A stretch of 64,000 nt of DNA. Source: an uncultured Gammaproteobacteria bacterium. Lineage in GTDB: Bacteria > Pseudomonadota > Gammaproteobacteria > JAURND01. Shown here one piece after another: positions 28,056 through 41,764 of the stretch (within the stretch, counting starts at the first letter, position 1; each line of letters starts with the position of its first letter). Under the pieces are notes generated by a model. That model had not been told where the DNA came from, searched no databases, and saw only the letters and a list, made by a program, of their open reading frames with translations. The stretch is taken from the NCBI GenBank assembly GCA_963714975.1, contig CAVQQD010000001.1, positions 352,001-416,000 on the forward strand, written 5' to 3'. Position numbers and translations under genes: made by a program.

Positions 28056-29438
28056 TTAGAGAATATACCGGCTTAAGTCTTCATTTTTGAGCAGGATGGA
28101 AAGTTGTTCATCCACGTAGCTAGCAGTGATTACCAATGACTCCTCTTGCTCACAATCTGCGGCGTCAAAGGAAATTTTTTCGAGGAGGCGCTCTAAAATA
28201 GTATGGAGGCGACGGGCTCCAATATTTTCAGAGCGTTCATTGACACGGAAAGCAATTTCAGCAATGCGTTCAATACCATCTTCTGCAAATTCCAATTTAA
28301 ATCCTTCGGTTTTCATCATTTCTTTATATTGAATCACCAAGGAAGCTTTAGGTTCGGTTAAAATTCGACAAAAATCCTCTGTGGTCAGCGGCTTTAATTC
28401 AACCCGAATCGGTAGGCGGCCTTGTAATTCTGGAACAAGATCAGAGGGCTTGGACAGGTGAAATGCGCCCGAAGCGATAAATAAAATGTGGTCGGTCTTT
28501 ACCAAGCCGTATTTCGTTGACACGGTGGTTCCTTCTACCAGAGGCAGTAAGTCACGCTGCACACCTTCGTGTGCGATATCAGCTCCTCCCACATATTGGC
28601 CGGCGGGGCGGACAATTTTGTCAATTTCATCGATGAAGACAATACCATTTTGTTCGACACTTTCTAGGGCAAGGCTACGAATTTCATCTTCATTGATTAA
28701 TTTTTCAGCTTCTTCCTCAGTGAGTAGTCGTATAGCATCCTTAATTTTCAGGTTACGCGTCTTAGTACGTTCGCCGCTAATGCTCTGAAACATGCTTTGT
28801 AATTGATTGGTCATTTCTTCCATGCCGGGAGGGGCTAAGATTTCTAACCGCTTTTCTGCTGCTCGCACTGCAATATCAATAGAGCGATCATCCAAGCCAT
28901 GCTCACGCAATTTTTTGCGAAATAGCTGGCGTGCGGCACTGTCTTTTTCTTCTTGCTCCATATCTTTGGGCGCTCCAGCAAAAGCGGAATGCACAGGTTT
29001 TAATAGGGCATCTAAAATGCGGTCTTCGGCTGATTCTTCTGCCTGACTTCTCACTTTACGCATTTGTTCTTCACGCACTAACTTGATTGCTGCATCCATG
29101 AGATCGCGAATGATCGATTCGACGTCACGACCCACATAGCCAATTTCGGTAAACTTAGTGGCTTCTATTTTAATAAAGGGCGCTCCTACTAAGGCAGCAA
29201 GACGCCTGGCAATCTCCGTTTTCCCTACGCCGGTGGGCCCTATCATCAAAATGTTTTTGGGAGTAATTTCTTCTGCTAAGTCCGCGGCGACACGCTTACG
29301 GCGTAAACGATTTCTCAAGGCAATCGCCACCGCACGTTTGGCATCGTGTTGACCAACAATATATTTGTCTAATTCGGCGACAATTTCACGTGGTTTCAAA
29401 GTAGTCTTTAAGGATATCATGGTATTTTCTTCTAACAT
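28056..29438 (-). CDS. hslU: ATP-dependent protease ATPase subunit
   Basis: [33 protein letters not shown] and EDLSRYIL motifs. Confidence 0.97.
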   Translation of the reverse strand: MLEENTMISLKTTLKPREIVAELDKYIVGQHDAKRAVAIALRNRLRRKRVAADLAEEITPKNILMIGPTGVGKTEIARRLAALVGAPFIKIEATKFTEIGYVGRDVESIIRDLMDAAIKLVREEQMRKVRSQAEESAEDRILDALLKPVHSAFAGAPKDMEQEEKDSAARQLFRKKLREHGLDDRSIDIAVRAAEKRLEILAPPGMEEMTNQLQSMFQSISGERTKTRNLKIKDAIRLLTEEEAEKLINEDEIRSLALESVEQNGIVFIDEIDKIVRPAGQYVGGADIAHEGVQRDLLPLVEGTTVSTKYGLVKTDHILFIASGAFHLSKPSDLVPELQGRLPIRVELKPLTTEDFCRILTEPKASLVIQYKEMMKTEGFKLEFAEDGIERIAEIAFRVNERSENIGARRLHTILERLLEKISFDAADCEQEESLVITASYVDEQLSILLKNEDLSRYIL

Positions 29439-29451
29439 GCTCGGTTCTCGC

Positions 29452-30000
29452 TTATATTTCATTAGAAAGTTCTTCAATTACAAATTGCTTGTTGGTGAAT
29501 ACACAAGTATCAGCGGCAATAGTCAAGGCTTTTTCAACAATTTCGCGAGCAGGAAGTTCGGTATTGTGCAACAAGGCGCGGGCTGCTGCCTGGGCATAAG
29601 GACCTCCTGAACCAATGGCCATAATGCCGTGTTCCGGTTCAATGACATCTCCCATGCCGGTGATAATTAAAGAAGCGCGGAGGTCGGCTACGGCCAGCAA
29701 AGCTTCTAAGCGTCGCAGAATTTTATCTGTCCGCCAGTCTTTTGCAAGTTCCACTGCAGCCCGGGTCAAATTTCCACTATGTTTTTCCAGCTTGGATTCA
29801 AATAGTTCAAACAAGGTAAATGCATCTGCCGTCCCACCGGCAAACCCAGCAATCACTTTATCATTATATAAACGCCGCACTTTACGGGCATTGCTTTTCA
29901 TAATAACGGTTTGACTCATAGTCACTTGACCATCGCCACCAATCACGACTCGATCACCGCGCCTTACGGACAAAATAGTTGTGCCTCGGTACTGTTGCAA
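29452..30000 (-). CDS. hslV: ATP-dependent protease peptidase subunit
   Basis: [16 protein letters not shown] and GSGG motifs; TTG start with SD. Confidence 0.96.
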   Translation of the reverse strand: MQQYRGTTILSVRRGDRVVIGGDGQVTMSQTVIMKSNARKVRRLYNDKVIAGFAGGTADAFTLFELFESKLEKHSGNLTRAAVELAKDWRTDKILRRLEALLAVADLRASLIITGMGDVIEPEHGIMAIGSGGPYAQAAARALLHNTELPAREIVEKALTIAADTCVFTNKQFVIEELSNEI

Positions 30001-30054
30001 TAGAGCTCTCCTTTTTTTATGGAGTCTATTAATTGAGGGCAATGAAGGGAATTT

Positions 30055-30594
30055 TCAAGGGAGCTTTCCCAGCCGGCTTGAAATGCTATTTTGCTGCAAT
30101 TCTTGTTGTTGCTGCAGGGCTATCTCACGAGAAGCGTAAGGCCCGACGTAAATACGATGCCATACTTGATCTTCGACTATATATTTTTGGATTGACGGAT
30201 TGAAACCCAACATAATTAATTGCGCCCGCATCCGATCGGCTTCTGTAAAGCTTTTAAAAGCCGCAATTTGTAGCACAAAACGCTCTACCGCCTTTGGTGG
30301 AGCTGCCTTTATTTCTGGAGGTTTCACCCGAGTTACCTCCACCTGCATTTTGGGTAATACGGTATAAAAATCAAATTCTGGATGCTGCTGAGTTGACGGA
30401 GGCAGAGGTTGTTTTTTCTGGGCGACAGAGGCAGGAATTTGCGGGCTATGTTTTTGCATCGAATAAATTATGATGCCTAGAATCACGATACAGATTCCAG
30501 CCAAGAGCCATTTTTTCGACCCACGCCGAGCTTGGGGACGAGATTTAGATCTATAACGTCTAGTAGGTCGTTTTCTTGGATAATTTGTTTTCAT
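30055..30594 (-). CDS. SPOR-domain cell division protein (FtsN-like)
   Basis: Basic N-terminus, one TM, EFDFYTVLP and SPOR domain LQIAAF...WHRIYVGPY; argS-hslV context. Confidence 0.85.
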   Translation of the reverse strand: MKTNYPRKRPTRRYRSKSRPQARRGSKKWLLAGICIVILGIIIYSMQKHSPQIPASVAQKKQPLPPSTQQHPEFDFYTVLPKMQVEVTRVKPPEIKAAPPKAVERFVLQIAAFKSFTEADRMRAQLIMLGFNPSIQKYIVEDQVWHRIYVGPYASREIALQQQQELQQNSISSRLGKLP

Positions 30595-30639
30595 ATATAG
30601 TTGCTCCGCGTCCCTGTAGGAAGCAGAGACGACGTGCTT

Positions 30640-32394
30640 TTACATAATTTCCGGAGCTGACAATCCCAGCAGGGTCAATCCGTTCCATATTACCTGTCGG
30701 ATCGCTGCAATCAAAGACAGGCGAGCATTACGCAATTCACTCTCTTCAGTTAAAAATGGATAAGCATTGTAATAAGAATGAAAATAATGCGCCAATTCTT
30801 GCAAGTAATGCGCTACCACACTAGGTTCATAAGTTTTTGCCGCAGCCTCAATCACCTCGGGATAACGGGCCAAACAGCGGCACAATTGCTGCTCTTGTTC
30901 CGCAGTTAAGATCTTTAATTTTTCCGAATTAAACTCTGCTTGCCAATGCCATTTTCGTTGCTCTAGCTGACGAAATACGCTGCAAATGCGCGCATGAGCA
31001 TATTGAATATAATAAACTGGATTATCATTCGATTGTGATTTAGCTAATTCCAAATCGAATTCTAAATGTTGATCATGCTTGCGCATAATGTAAAAAAAGC
31101 GTGCCGCATCCCTACCTACTTCCTCACGCAATTCCCGTAATGTGACAAACTCCCCACCTCGCGTCGACATGGAAACCCGAGTTTTGCCACGAAACAAAAT
31201 GGCAAATTGCACTAATAAAACTTCTAATTTAGTGACGTCTTGTCCCAATGCGATGATTAAAGCTTTTAACCTTGGAATATAGCCATGATGATCAGCGCCA
31301 TACACATCTAACAATCGATCAAACCCGCGCTCAAATTTATTAAGGTGATAGCCTATATCAAAAGCAAAATAAGTAGGCTGGCCGTTTTCACGAATGACTA
31401 CCCGATCCTTTTCATCACCAAAATCGCTAGAACGAAACCAAATGGCCCCTTCGCGTTGATATAAGTAACCTCCTTCCTCCAGTTTTCGTATTCCTCGTTC
31501 CACATCTGCCGTTTCGGCCAATTGGGATTCATGAAACCAATTTTGGCAGGTAACGCCAAATTCTTTTAAATCATCACGAATATCTTGCAATATATCCTGT
31601 AGAGCTCGCTGAAAAATGCGGGCGAAATGCTCTTCGCCCAATAATTCCAATGCCCGCGCTACCAAAGCATCTACATAAAGTTCTTTTTGTTCTTCGTCAT
31701 CCAGCGGCAGATCTTTGAACACCTGGCTCGCTGGAAAATAAAATTTATCTTCATACTGTACTTTTAAATCTTTAGCGATAGCTCGAATGTAATCGCCTTT
31801 GTAGCCACTTCGAGGGAAAGCAGCTTCCTCGCCATAAGATTCTAAATAGCGCAACCAAACACTGGTAGCCAAAATGCGCATTTGCCGTCCAGCATCATTG
31901 ACACAGTACTCTCGATGCACCAAAAAACCCGCGGCTTCTAAAATATCTGCCAAGCTAGCGCCATAAGCAGCAATACGTCCATGCCCGACATGCAAAGGAC
32001 CGGTTGGGTTTGCCGAAACAATTTCGATATGGACGCGTTGCCCCTTACCCAGGCTCAATCGGCCGTATTCTTGGCCGGTTTGTAAGATGGTATTGATGAT
32101 ATTGAGGTAATAATCAGCTCGAATCGTGAAGTTAATAAAACCAGGGCCTGCGATAGCTGTAGATTGCACTTCGGGTAAAGCGGGAAGTTTTGAAATAATT
32201 TTTTCTGCCAAATCGCAAGGATTTAATTGGCAAGGTTTTGCAAGCATAAGCGCAGAGTTACAAGCAAAATCCCCATGGGTTGGGTCGCGCGTGCGCTCAA
32301 TCTCCACTGCAAAATTCAGTTCTTCAGGGAGTATTGCTTGCTGTTTCAAAGCGGTGAGAGCTTCTTCAACTGCCTGTTTTAGTTTTATTTTCAT
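30640..32394 (-). CDS. argS: Arginine--tRNA ligase
   Basis: HGDFACN, GPGFINF, SANPTGPLHVGH, MSTRGG and YIQYAHAR motifs. Confidence 0.97.
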   Translation of the reverse strand: MKIKLKQAVEEALTALKQQAILPEELNFAVEIERTRDPTHGDFACNSALMLAKPCQLNPCDLAEKIISKLPALPEVQSTAIAGPGFINFTIRADYYLNIINTILQTGQEYGRLSLGKGQRVHIEIVSANPTGPLHVGHGRIAAYGASLADILEAAGFLVHREYCVNDAGRQMRILATSVWLRYLESYGEEAAFPRSGYKGDYIRAIAKDLKVQYEDKFYFPASQVFKDLPLDDEEQKELYVDALVARALELLGEEHFARIFQRALQDILQDIRDDLKEFGVTCQNWFHESQLAETADVERGIRKLEEGGYLYQREGAIWFRSSDFGDEKDRVVIRENGQPTYFAFDIGYHLNKFERGFDRLLDVYGADHHGYIPRLKALIIALGQDVTKLEVLLVQFAILFRGKTRVSMSTRGGEFVTLRELREEVGRDAARFFYIMRKHDQHLEFDLELAKSQSNDNPVYYIQYAHARICSVFRQLEQRKWHWQAEFNSEKLKILTAEQEQQLCRCLARYPEVIEAAAKTYEPSVVAHYLQELAHYFHSYYNAYPFLTEESELRNARLSLIAAIRQVIWNGLTLLGLSAPEIM

Positions 32395-32414
32395 GCCTGC
32401 ACTCATCATTAACC

Positions 32415-32476
32415 AGTCCCCTCTCCCCCACCCGAGCGCTAGCGAGGGAAGGTGGGAGAGGGTTAGGGAGAGGGGG
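32415..32476. repeat. REP-like element, family C (CCCCTCTCCC...GGGAGAGGGTTAGGGAGAGGGG)
   Basis: Related copies at 40685-40746, 59061-59121, 61993-62035 and a half copy near 21585-21608; this copy supplies the hemF stop codon. Confidence 0.85.
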
Positions 32477-33370
32477 TTACCCAATCCTTAGGGCGTAAAA
32501 ATTCCTCACACAACCGTGCCTCAGGACTATCTATTTTTGGCTGCCAATTGTAACACCAATGCACTTCAGGCGGTAAAGAAACAAAAATTGACTCGACCCG
32601 CCCCCCCAATTGCAAGCCAAATAAAGTGCCTCGGTCGTATACTAAATTAAACTCCACATAACGTCCACGTCGATAGCATTGAAAAGCACGTTCTTGTTGC
32701 CCATAAGGCATAAGATAACGTTTGTTAACAATCGGGAGATAGGCTAGTAAAAAATGCTTGCTGACATTTCGCGCGAACGCAAAACATTGCTCAAATTCCC
32801 ATTGATTTAAATTATCAAAAAAAATACCGCCAATGCCACGATGTTCCCGCCGATGAGGTAAGAAAAAATAATCATCGGCTTGCCGCTTGAATTTTGGGTA
32901 GAGCTCCTGGCCAAAAGGATCACAAGCAGCACGGGCCATGCTATGCCAATGGACGCAATCTTCAACAAAGCCATAATAGGGCGTTAAGTCAAATCCCCCG
33001 CCAAACCACCAGACCGGCGCATCAGTTTCCGCTTGGGTAGTAAAAAAGCGCACATTAAAATGACAGGTTGGAGCATAAGGATTGCGAGGATGGACAATAA
33101 CTGATACTCCGGTAACTTCAAATGGACTATCGGCTAAATTAGGATGTTGAGCAGTAATCGCTTTAGGTAATTGCTGACCAGAAACTTGAGAATAATTAAC
33201 CCCACATTTCTCCATTACCGCCCCTTGCGACAATACCTGCGTAATACCTCCGCCCCCTTGCGCATGTTGCCACACGTCTTGAGTAAATTGCGCTTCTGGC
33301 TCAAATGCCTGTAATTGACGACAAATATCTTGTTGGAGTTCAGTTAGATAAGCACTTATTGATGAAAGCA

Positions 33371-33371
<1 letters not shown>
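32463..33371 (-). CDS. hemF: Oxygen-dependent coproporphyrinogen III oxidase
   Basis: HPRNPYAPT, WWFGGGFDLTP, RGIGGIFFD and RRGRYVEFNL motifs. Confidence 0.96.
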
Positions 33372-35857
<2,486 letters not shown>

Positions 35858-35914
35858 CTAAATGGGCCATTTTAGCACAGTATTTGCGCAATAGCCTATC
35901 GAAGAATCCCTCCC

Positions 35915-36044
35915 CAGCAATTCCCGCTGAAGCCTTGCTCCCCGACGGGTCCTGCCGCTGCGATGTTTGCTCTGCACTAGACAAAAATTGAGATCTAAAC
36001 ATGCCCGATTGCGTGCCCGTGCCCGCGCCCGTTTAATTTTTGTC
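35915..36044. repeat. Fused partial family A (35915-35958) and family F (35971-36044) elements
   Basis: CAGCAATTCCCGCTGAAGCCTTG...CCGACGGGTCCTGCCGC, then TCTGCACTAGACAAAAATT... Confidence 0.8.
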
Positions 36045-36075
36045 CCCTATAGAGGATTGCTATACTTATGCCTCT

Positions 36076-36108
36076 GTTAATATTCATATAAGCTTACTGC
36101 CCTACACT
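36076..36108 (+). promoter_or_regulatory. PmrA-like box plus -10 hexamer
   Basis: GTTAATATT-CA-TATAAGCTT, 7 nt, TACACT. Confidence 0.65.
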
Positions 36109-36142
36109 ATACTTCAATCAACACTACGAGATTAAAAATATA

Positions 36143-38197
36143 ATGCCTCTTCAAGCATCACAATATCAATTAAAGTCACCCAAACCCCACCACCAGCTAG
36201 AAGATTGCATTTCTAGGGCGCCAGGTCTTCTTGCTTTTGCCAGGTTACCGTCCGAATCTCAAAAAACTATCATGCGGCTGGCGGTAGCTAGTCTTGAGCA
36301 AATCGTGCTGAACAAATTTGGAGATGGGTCAACCTTAAATCGGGTCAATATTTTTACCACCAAAAATGCAAATGGTGAAAAAGTTGTTGGAATAGCTGGC
36401 TGTACTGTAGGAGACAGCCCCCTGATCCTCGTTGAAGAGAGAGAAGGCAAAACTAATAGAGAATATAAAACTAATAAATATTTAAGAGCTACATATTTAA
36501 CTGACTCACATAATCTTGGTCGCGAAAAAATGCGAGAGATATTTAAAAAGCCCTTAGTTTTTAAAGGCTTAGCTTCTAAAGACGTATTTAGAAAATTAAC
36601 TCGCGAAAGGAGTCATTGGCGTCATTCTATCTTTGAGGATATCAAGAAGGATCACAAGGGGGGGCTACAGGGAGTTCTTCAATCAGGGATTGCTTTGGGG
36701 CGCTCAATAAATGACCCCATTCACAAACAGGATTCTGATTATACCTCAGAACCCGAAACCGTTACGCAAGAAATCAAGGGGCCCGCTAAGATTATATTAC
36801 TCAGTGATGGAGCGCTTCGTGGCCGTAATAATGATCGTTATGAAGCGGGTAGGCCATATATTCCAGGGTTTGAGTTTAGCGAACTTAGTGCAGTAAACAT
36901 AGTGCGGGATGCCCAAAATTTAAAGTCACAGGATGATATTTCTGCTATTGTTATCGATATTCCAGCAGATTTGCAGGAAGGGGAAGAGTTCTGTGACATC
37001 TATGGGGTAGACGATGGACATGGTGGCAAGCAGACCGCTGAATTTTGTAGCCAATATTATTACCCTATCCAACATTTTTGGACCCTGATCTACCAGGCTT
37101 ACCATGAGGCGGCCAACGCTAGCTTGGCGGAGCTCCAGGAGAGCAAAGGGCTCAAGGAGTTCGAATCCCACTTACCAACGATCCAACGAAAATTGATTGA
37201 AGTTTTTGCTGAATTGCACCAACAAACTCCGCATATTAGTGTAGCCAGTTTATTGCTGCACCCTAAGATGACCCAGTGTCTAAAACAGATCAATGAAAAA
37301 CTCGATATAGAACAAACCCTAATCAATACAGTCCCGCACTGGGAAGCCTTATTTGCAACGCCTGCTGAGGCATATGCCTGTATTTTGCAGCGACCTAAAA
37401 TATTAGCGGGATTAAAGGGCAAAACCATTAACATTGCTCAAGCGAATGGTTTAAGTTTTTTTACAGAGAAATTCTTAGCCTACCTTCACAGCCACCAATA
37501 TCCCCCCCTGGAAGAAAAAGCAACCGCGGATGGTTTGGCCAATCAGCAGATTACTGATGTATTCCGATATTTACTTGAACAGGTGCAAGTTTCACAATCC
37601 ACGCTGCCAGAACGCCTAAAAGGTTACGAGGAAGTATTCAATCTTGCTAAGATGTTTTTCGGTCTTTTTGGCCATAAATATTCTGCGCAAGATGTACGAA
37701 AATATGTAAAGAATTTTGCGCTAAATGATTTTTTACAGTCCCCTGCAATGCTTGCTAATGCAGTTGTAGCTCGTTCCTCGCGTTTATTTAATTTCCACCG
37801 CAAAAGTAGTTTTTGGAGCAATGCAACCTATTCCGTTAATGCAATTAATGAGGAATTACAAGTTAATAAGATCAGAGGCGGCCTATTATCCAATGGGACT
37901 AAAAGCCTGCTGGTTTTAGGAATATTAAGCGGGAGTTTTGCTGGGTTCCTACATTACAAAGATGGGGATTTCTTCAATCTGCTACCCCAGCCCCAGAACT
38001 CGGCTTTGCCTAAGGACCTAGAAATTGGCGCGTTTGCTATTGCTGGAGTTTTCATCGCCTGTGTCGTGATCAGACAATGCTTGGCCTATAGGGCTGAGAA
38101 AGAGTTAAAACAGAAATTGGTAAATTTGCCCGAGTATAAAGGAGCAACTGTCGAAACAATAGATCAACAGCTGCAGCAGCTGATACACTCGAACTAG
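36143..38197 (+). CDS. PP2C/PPM-fold phosphatase with rearranged motif order and C-terminal TM hairpin; effector candidate
   Basis: QLED, GST, VGDS, LTDSH, LGRSIND, LLSDG and DDIS, followed by YGVDDGHGG. Confidence 0.75.
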   Translation: MPLQASQYQLKSPKPHHQLEDCISRAPGLLAFARLPSESQKTIMRLAVASLEQIVLNKFGDGSTLNRVNIFTTKNANGEKVVGIAGCTVGDSPLILVEEREGKTNREYKTNKYLRATYLTDSHNLGREKMREIFKKPLVFKGLASKDVFRKLTRERSHWRHSIFEDIKKDHKGGLQGVLQSGIALGRSINDPIHKQDSDYTSEPETVTQEIKGPAKIILLSDGALRGRNNDRYEAGRPYIPGFEFSELSAVNIVRDAQNLKSQDDISAIVIDIPADLQEGEEFCDIYGVDDGHGGKQTAEFCSQYYYPIQHFWTLIYQAYHEAANASLAELQESKGLKEFESHLPTIQRKLIEVFAELHQQTPHISVASLLLHPKMTQCLKQINEKLDIEQTLINTVPHWEALFATPAEAYACILQRPKILAGLKGKTINIAQANGLSFFTEKFLAYLHSHQYPPLEEKATADGLANQQITDVFRYLLEQVQVSQSTLPERLKGYEEVFNLAKMFFGLFGHKYSAQDVRKYVKNFALNDFLQSPAMLANAVVARSSRLFNFHRKSSFWSNATYSVNAINEELQVNKIRGGLLSNGTKSLLVLGILSGSFAGFLHYKDGDFFNLLPQPQNSALPKDLEIGAFAIAGVFIACVVIRQCLAYRAEKELKQKLVNLPEYKGATVETIDQQLQQLIHSN

Positions 38198-38290
38198 AAT
38201 CCCCTCTCCCTCAGGCTATCCGATGCGCACTACGGTATTGGCAGATTTTCTTCTGTGCTACATTCCTCTTAAGTATGAGAGGAAAAATGC

Positions 38291-41200
38291 ATGTCACTCG
38301 AAAAAATCACCCGCAGAATACAAACTTTAGAGACGACGGTCGAGCAGTTCGCAGATAGTTACCGCACGCAAGCTTGTCCATTCGGAATTAAAAATCCTAG
38401 CTTCAATGCGGCAAAAATTTATTTTGGTTATTTTTCGCCTACTAGTCATGCAAAGCTCTACCTCTCCCACCTCTGGAATCTCTGTGGCTTGCCAGCCTTT
38501 AAATTTAATGCCCTCAGTCTAGATGAATTTCAAACCTCAACCCGACTCATCCTGCAAGGATTACGCAAAAAATGCGCACAACTGCAGAATTCGCTCAATG
38601 AATTTAAACAGGAACTGGCACAACCACTTAGACAACAACTCATCATCCTCGAGCAAAGATTTGTCGACGCTGCCGAGGATTGGATTAATCGCTTAGATAT
38701 AGGAAAAAAACATTTAAATATCTGGATGCTATCTGAAAAAAATCTCGATCTTAATTTGCATCACCCGGAAATTTTTATTGATAAAACCCAGCGCAGACTT
38801 GCAGAAGATAAAAAATCACCACCACCACCACAATCTACGAAGATCGAAAAAAAATTGCGCAAAAAGATCGTAAAGACGAAATTGGCTTTTATCGAGCCAG
38901 GGGTAGAAAAAAATGTCTGGCTAAAAAAAATCTCTGCTTATGCACGTAGTTCCAGTCAACTTTGCTTCCTTGGAACGATTATACCGATTATGTTGCAAAT
39001 ATTAGTCTACGTCGACTACTATCACTTTATCACAACATCCGCACACTTATTTTGGTGGCTTAGTATCAGCACTTTCCTGTTGGCTGGTTTATTTCTCATC
39101 CTACAACGTTATCTTGAGAAACACCTGAAAATATTATCTACCCCCACTCTTGACGCCGATTTAACTGTCGAGCAATTTACGCAGCATTCTCAGCTGCAAC
39201 CTACCGTGAGAGGGTGTCTCTCCGTCGTCCCGAGGAGCTTGCGACGAGGGATCTCATGCCAGTTGCAGGAGATCCCTCGCTCCGCTCGGGATGACGAAGT
39301 GACCTCAGATCAAGCAATTTCCGGTGAGCTTGCATTAGAAAGCAAAAATACGGCCATCCCAGAGGATCCTATTATAATAATAATAGACGAGGTATCCCAA
39401 GGAACCCAAGTACCCCTCTCTGAACAAGCGGCTCCTGCAGAAAAGCTTCTACTTAATGACGAAGCAAAAATTATAAGTACTGACACTGGCTCGACTGCTG
39501 ACTTACCGCGTCCAATAAAAAATGATCTCAAAGCGCTAAAAAAATACCTGGATGCAAACGTTGCAAATACCCATAAGATAATCATTGATTTATTAGCGAA
39601 CAGCAATGCGCAATCTGAAGCATTAGCCTTAAAACATTTTGAGTCTATGTTGGCATTGCATAGGCAATTTTATCAGCAAATTAACAAATTGTTAGCAGGT
39701 TATCCAAAAACATTTGCGTGCACTTGGAAACAATATAATTGGCAAATCTCCAAAAAAACGACTGGTTTATTTAGGCAGTTGTGTGAAGACGGAAATATTT
39801 CAATCTTTAATCTTATTTCCCCCGTAACTAAGATGAATCGAACCTACCGCAGCACAAATCCTCGGTTTCGCATCGAGACTTTTGCCCCGCCATACGAAAA
39901 GTACATGAGCATCGTAGCAACTTCTATTATCGGGTACATCAAGATTCTCATTCGCAATCAATCTGACTATATTATTAAACAATGGTTAGTGCGCCTGACT
40001 AAAAGATTGCTAGATTGTGATCATTATCGAATGCTGGGATTCCCAGAACCAACTGGATTATTACATGTTGCGTTAGAAGCCGCTGCATCAAACCATCTCG
40101 CCTTCAATAAAAAAAACTACCAACACTTTTCTAACTTGATCAATACTCTATTAGAAATAAAACCCACGCAACGTATCTCTGATAAATTGAGCTTAACTGT
40201 ACTCAATTCACAAGGACAATCTATTCTACATTTTATTACCTCAAGTAATTATTTTAAGCAACATACCTACTATCGATGTCAGCATTCTAACTGCAATAAA
40301 CTTATTTTAGATGGGATATTTTCTTATGCACGCCAACATCTCTCCCTCGAAAGTCGTGCTGAATTTATTATGGCAAAATTTCAAGGGTACACTCCACTGT
40401 ATCTAGCCTTAATAAACTCACATTACGAGTACGCTAAATGCATTTTGCTTGAAATAAACCAACTTCGTATAGCCACAGGACAACTCAAGCTGCCTACTGG
40501 AAAAGTAAGTATCTGTGATGAAGCTGTGGCCTACATAAAAGAGCATGAAGATTTCCTTCCTAAAGATTTGTTGACTTTGGTTCAGGAAAACCCTGATTAC
40601 TTGCCATCGCGAAAAAAGAAAGTAAAACGCAGTCGAAGAACATCAGCGTCGTCCTTGCAGGATGCCAGAATCCAGGGGGGGCGGCCCCCTCTCCCCCGCC
40701 CGAGCGCCAGCGAGGGAAGGTGGGAGAGGGTTGGGGAGAGGGGGGGCTCTCTAGATCCTGGCAGCCAAGACACAACGCCGTGGTCAGTGGACTCGCCCAA
40801 GGAGAGCTCTTATGACATAGCGTCTCAAGCACAACCCATTCAATTGATGGTCATTAATTTCGTCAGTAGCTGTTTCCAGGCTTTTTCCTCAATAACTGCC
40901 CGACCTGAAACGACAATTGGCTCAGAATCCAAGGCCCCAATTTCCAGCAAACTCTCCCTAACTCAGCATCCCGTTGCGAAGTTTGTAGAGAAGTGGATGC
41001 AACAACTAGGAATTGAGCATGATTCAGCTGCTCAAGGCTATTTAAAAGAGCAAGCTGCGCAGGCTTTGTCGCATTATCCACAAGATACTGATATTGAAAT
41101 CCTAAGCGAAGAAATATTATTAACCAGTTATTGCGATCCTGCGGATTACAGTATTAGCCTTACTAAAGTAATAGCTGAAGCTATGCGCGAAGAATTATCT

Positions 41201-41701
41201 CCGATCCTGCGAGAATTGCTTCCTGCAGCAGCTGCCACCTCAACTAGCATGGCAAAATTAATTGCCGAGACTTGTCAGGAAGTAATCCAGAATACTCAAG
41301 TCTCCCAACTGATTAGGAACGAACACTTTAACTCCTCTCGATTTATGCCCCAGGTCAAAGCAATTCTTATTCCTTTATTGGCTACAAAATTAAGCCAAAA
41401 AATAATAAATAAAAACGCGAAATCTGATTTTTTCCGGGAAAAATCTGTGAAAAATTCGACAGATTTTGCTCCATTACGATTAAGTAAAGAGCTGTTCATG
41501 GTCCATCTAGAAAAGTGTCTTACTTCCCAGGATTTTTTAATTCGATTAGATTCTGAATTCGAGACCTATTTACAAACTAGGTCGGAAGCCATCCGTATTT
41601 TTTCCACGGCTATACATAAAGCTGCTTTTAGCAAAGACACAGTAAAACACTGTCTTTTAGCGGCCAGGGAGAATACCATTCCTCTCTTCCTTGCCCTATA
41701 A
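38291..41701 (+). CDS. Large hypothetical protein with two TM segments and degenerate ankyrin-like repeats
   Basis: GLLHVAL, GQSILHF and GYTPLYLALINSHYEYAKCIL; basic stretch RKKKVKRSRR; two in-frame palindromic insertions. Confidence 0.7.
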   Translation: MSLEKITRRIQTLETTVEQFADSYRTQACPFGIKNPSFNAAKIYFGYFSPTSHAKLYLSHLWNLCGLPAFKFNALSLDEFQTSTRLILQGLRKKCAQLQNSLNEFKQELAQPLRQQLIILEQRFVDAAEDWINRLDIGKKHLNIWMLSEKNLDLNLHHPEIFIDKTQRRLAEDKKSPPPPQSTKIEKKLRKKIVKTKLAFIEPGVEKNVWLKKISAYARSSSQLCFLGTIIPIMLQILVYVDYYHFITTSAHLFWWLSISTFLLAGLFLILQRYLEKHLKILSTPTLDADLTVEQFTQHSQLQPTVRGCLSVVPRSLRRGISCQLQEIPRSARDDEVTSDQAISGELALESKNTAIPEDPIIIIIDEVSQGTQVPLSEQAAPAEKLLLNDEAKIISTDTGSTADLPRPIKNDLKALKKYLDANVANTHKIIIDLLANSNAQSEALALKHFESMLALHRQFYQQINKLLAGYPKTFACTWKQYNWQISKKTTGLFRQLCEDGNISIFNLISPVTKMNRTYRSTNPRFRIETFAPPYEKYMSIVATSIIGYIKILIRNQSDYIIKQWLVRLTKRLLDCDHYRMLGFPEPTGLLHVALEAAASNHLAFNKKNYQHFSNLINTLLEIKPTQRISDKLSLTVLNSQGQSILHFITSSNYFKQHTYYRCQHSNCNKLILDGIFSYARQHLSLESRAEFIMAKFQGYTPLYLALINSHYEYAKCILLEINQLRIATGQLKLPTGKVSICDEAVAYIKEHEDFLPKDLLTLVQENPDYLPSRKKKVKRSRRTSASSLQDARIQGGRPPLPRPSASEGRWERVGERGGSLDPGSQDTTPWSVDSPKESSYDIASQAQPIQLMVINFVSSCFQAFSSITARPETTIGSESKAPISSKLSLTQHPVAKFVEKWMQQLGIEHDSAAQGYLKEQAAQALSHYPQDTDIEILSEEILLTSYCDPADYSISLTKVIAEAMREELSPILRELLPAAAATSTSMAKLIAETCQEVIQNTQVSQLIRNEHFNSSRFMPQVKAILIPLLATKLSQKIINKNAKSDFFREKSVKNSTDFAPLRLSKELFMVHLEKCLTSQDFLIRLDSEFETYLQTRSEAIRIFSTAIHKAAFSKDTVKHCLLAARENTIPLFLAL

Positions 41702-41764
41702 AAGGGTTGTCTTCGTGCTATCATTATGATATCTTTCCTGGCAAATCAGACTTCGGGGAAAATT

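Noticed and set aside
32395-32484. N-terminal extension of ArgS given by the ORF track
   Set aside because: It derives from the family C repeat and overlaps hemF; a conventional start exists at 32394.
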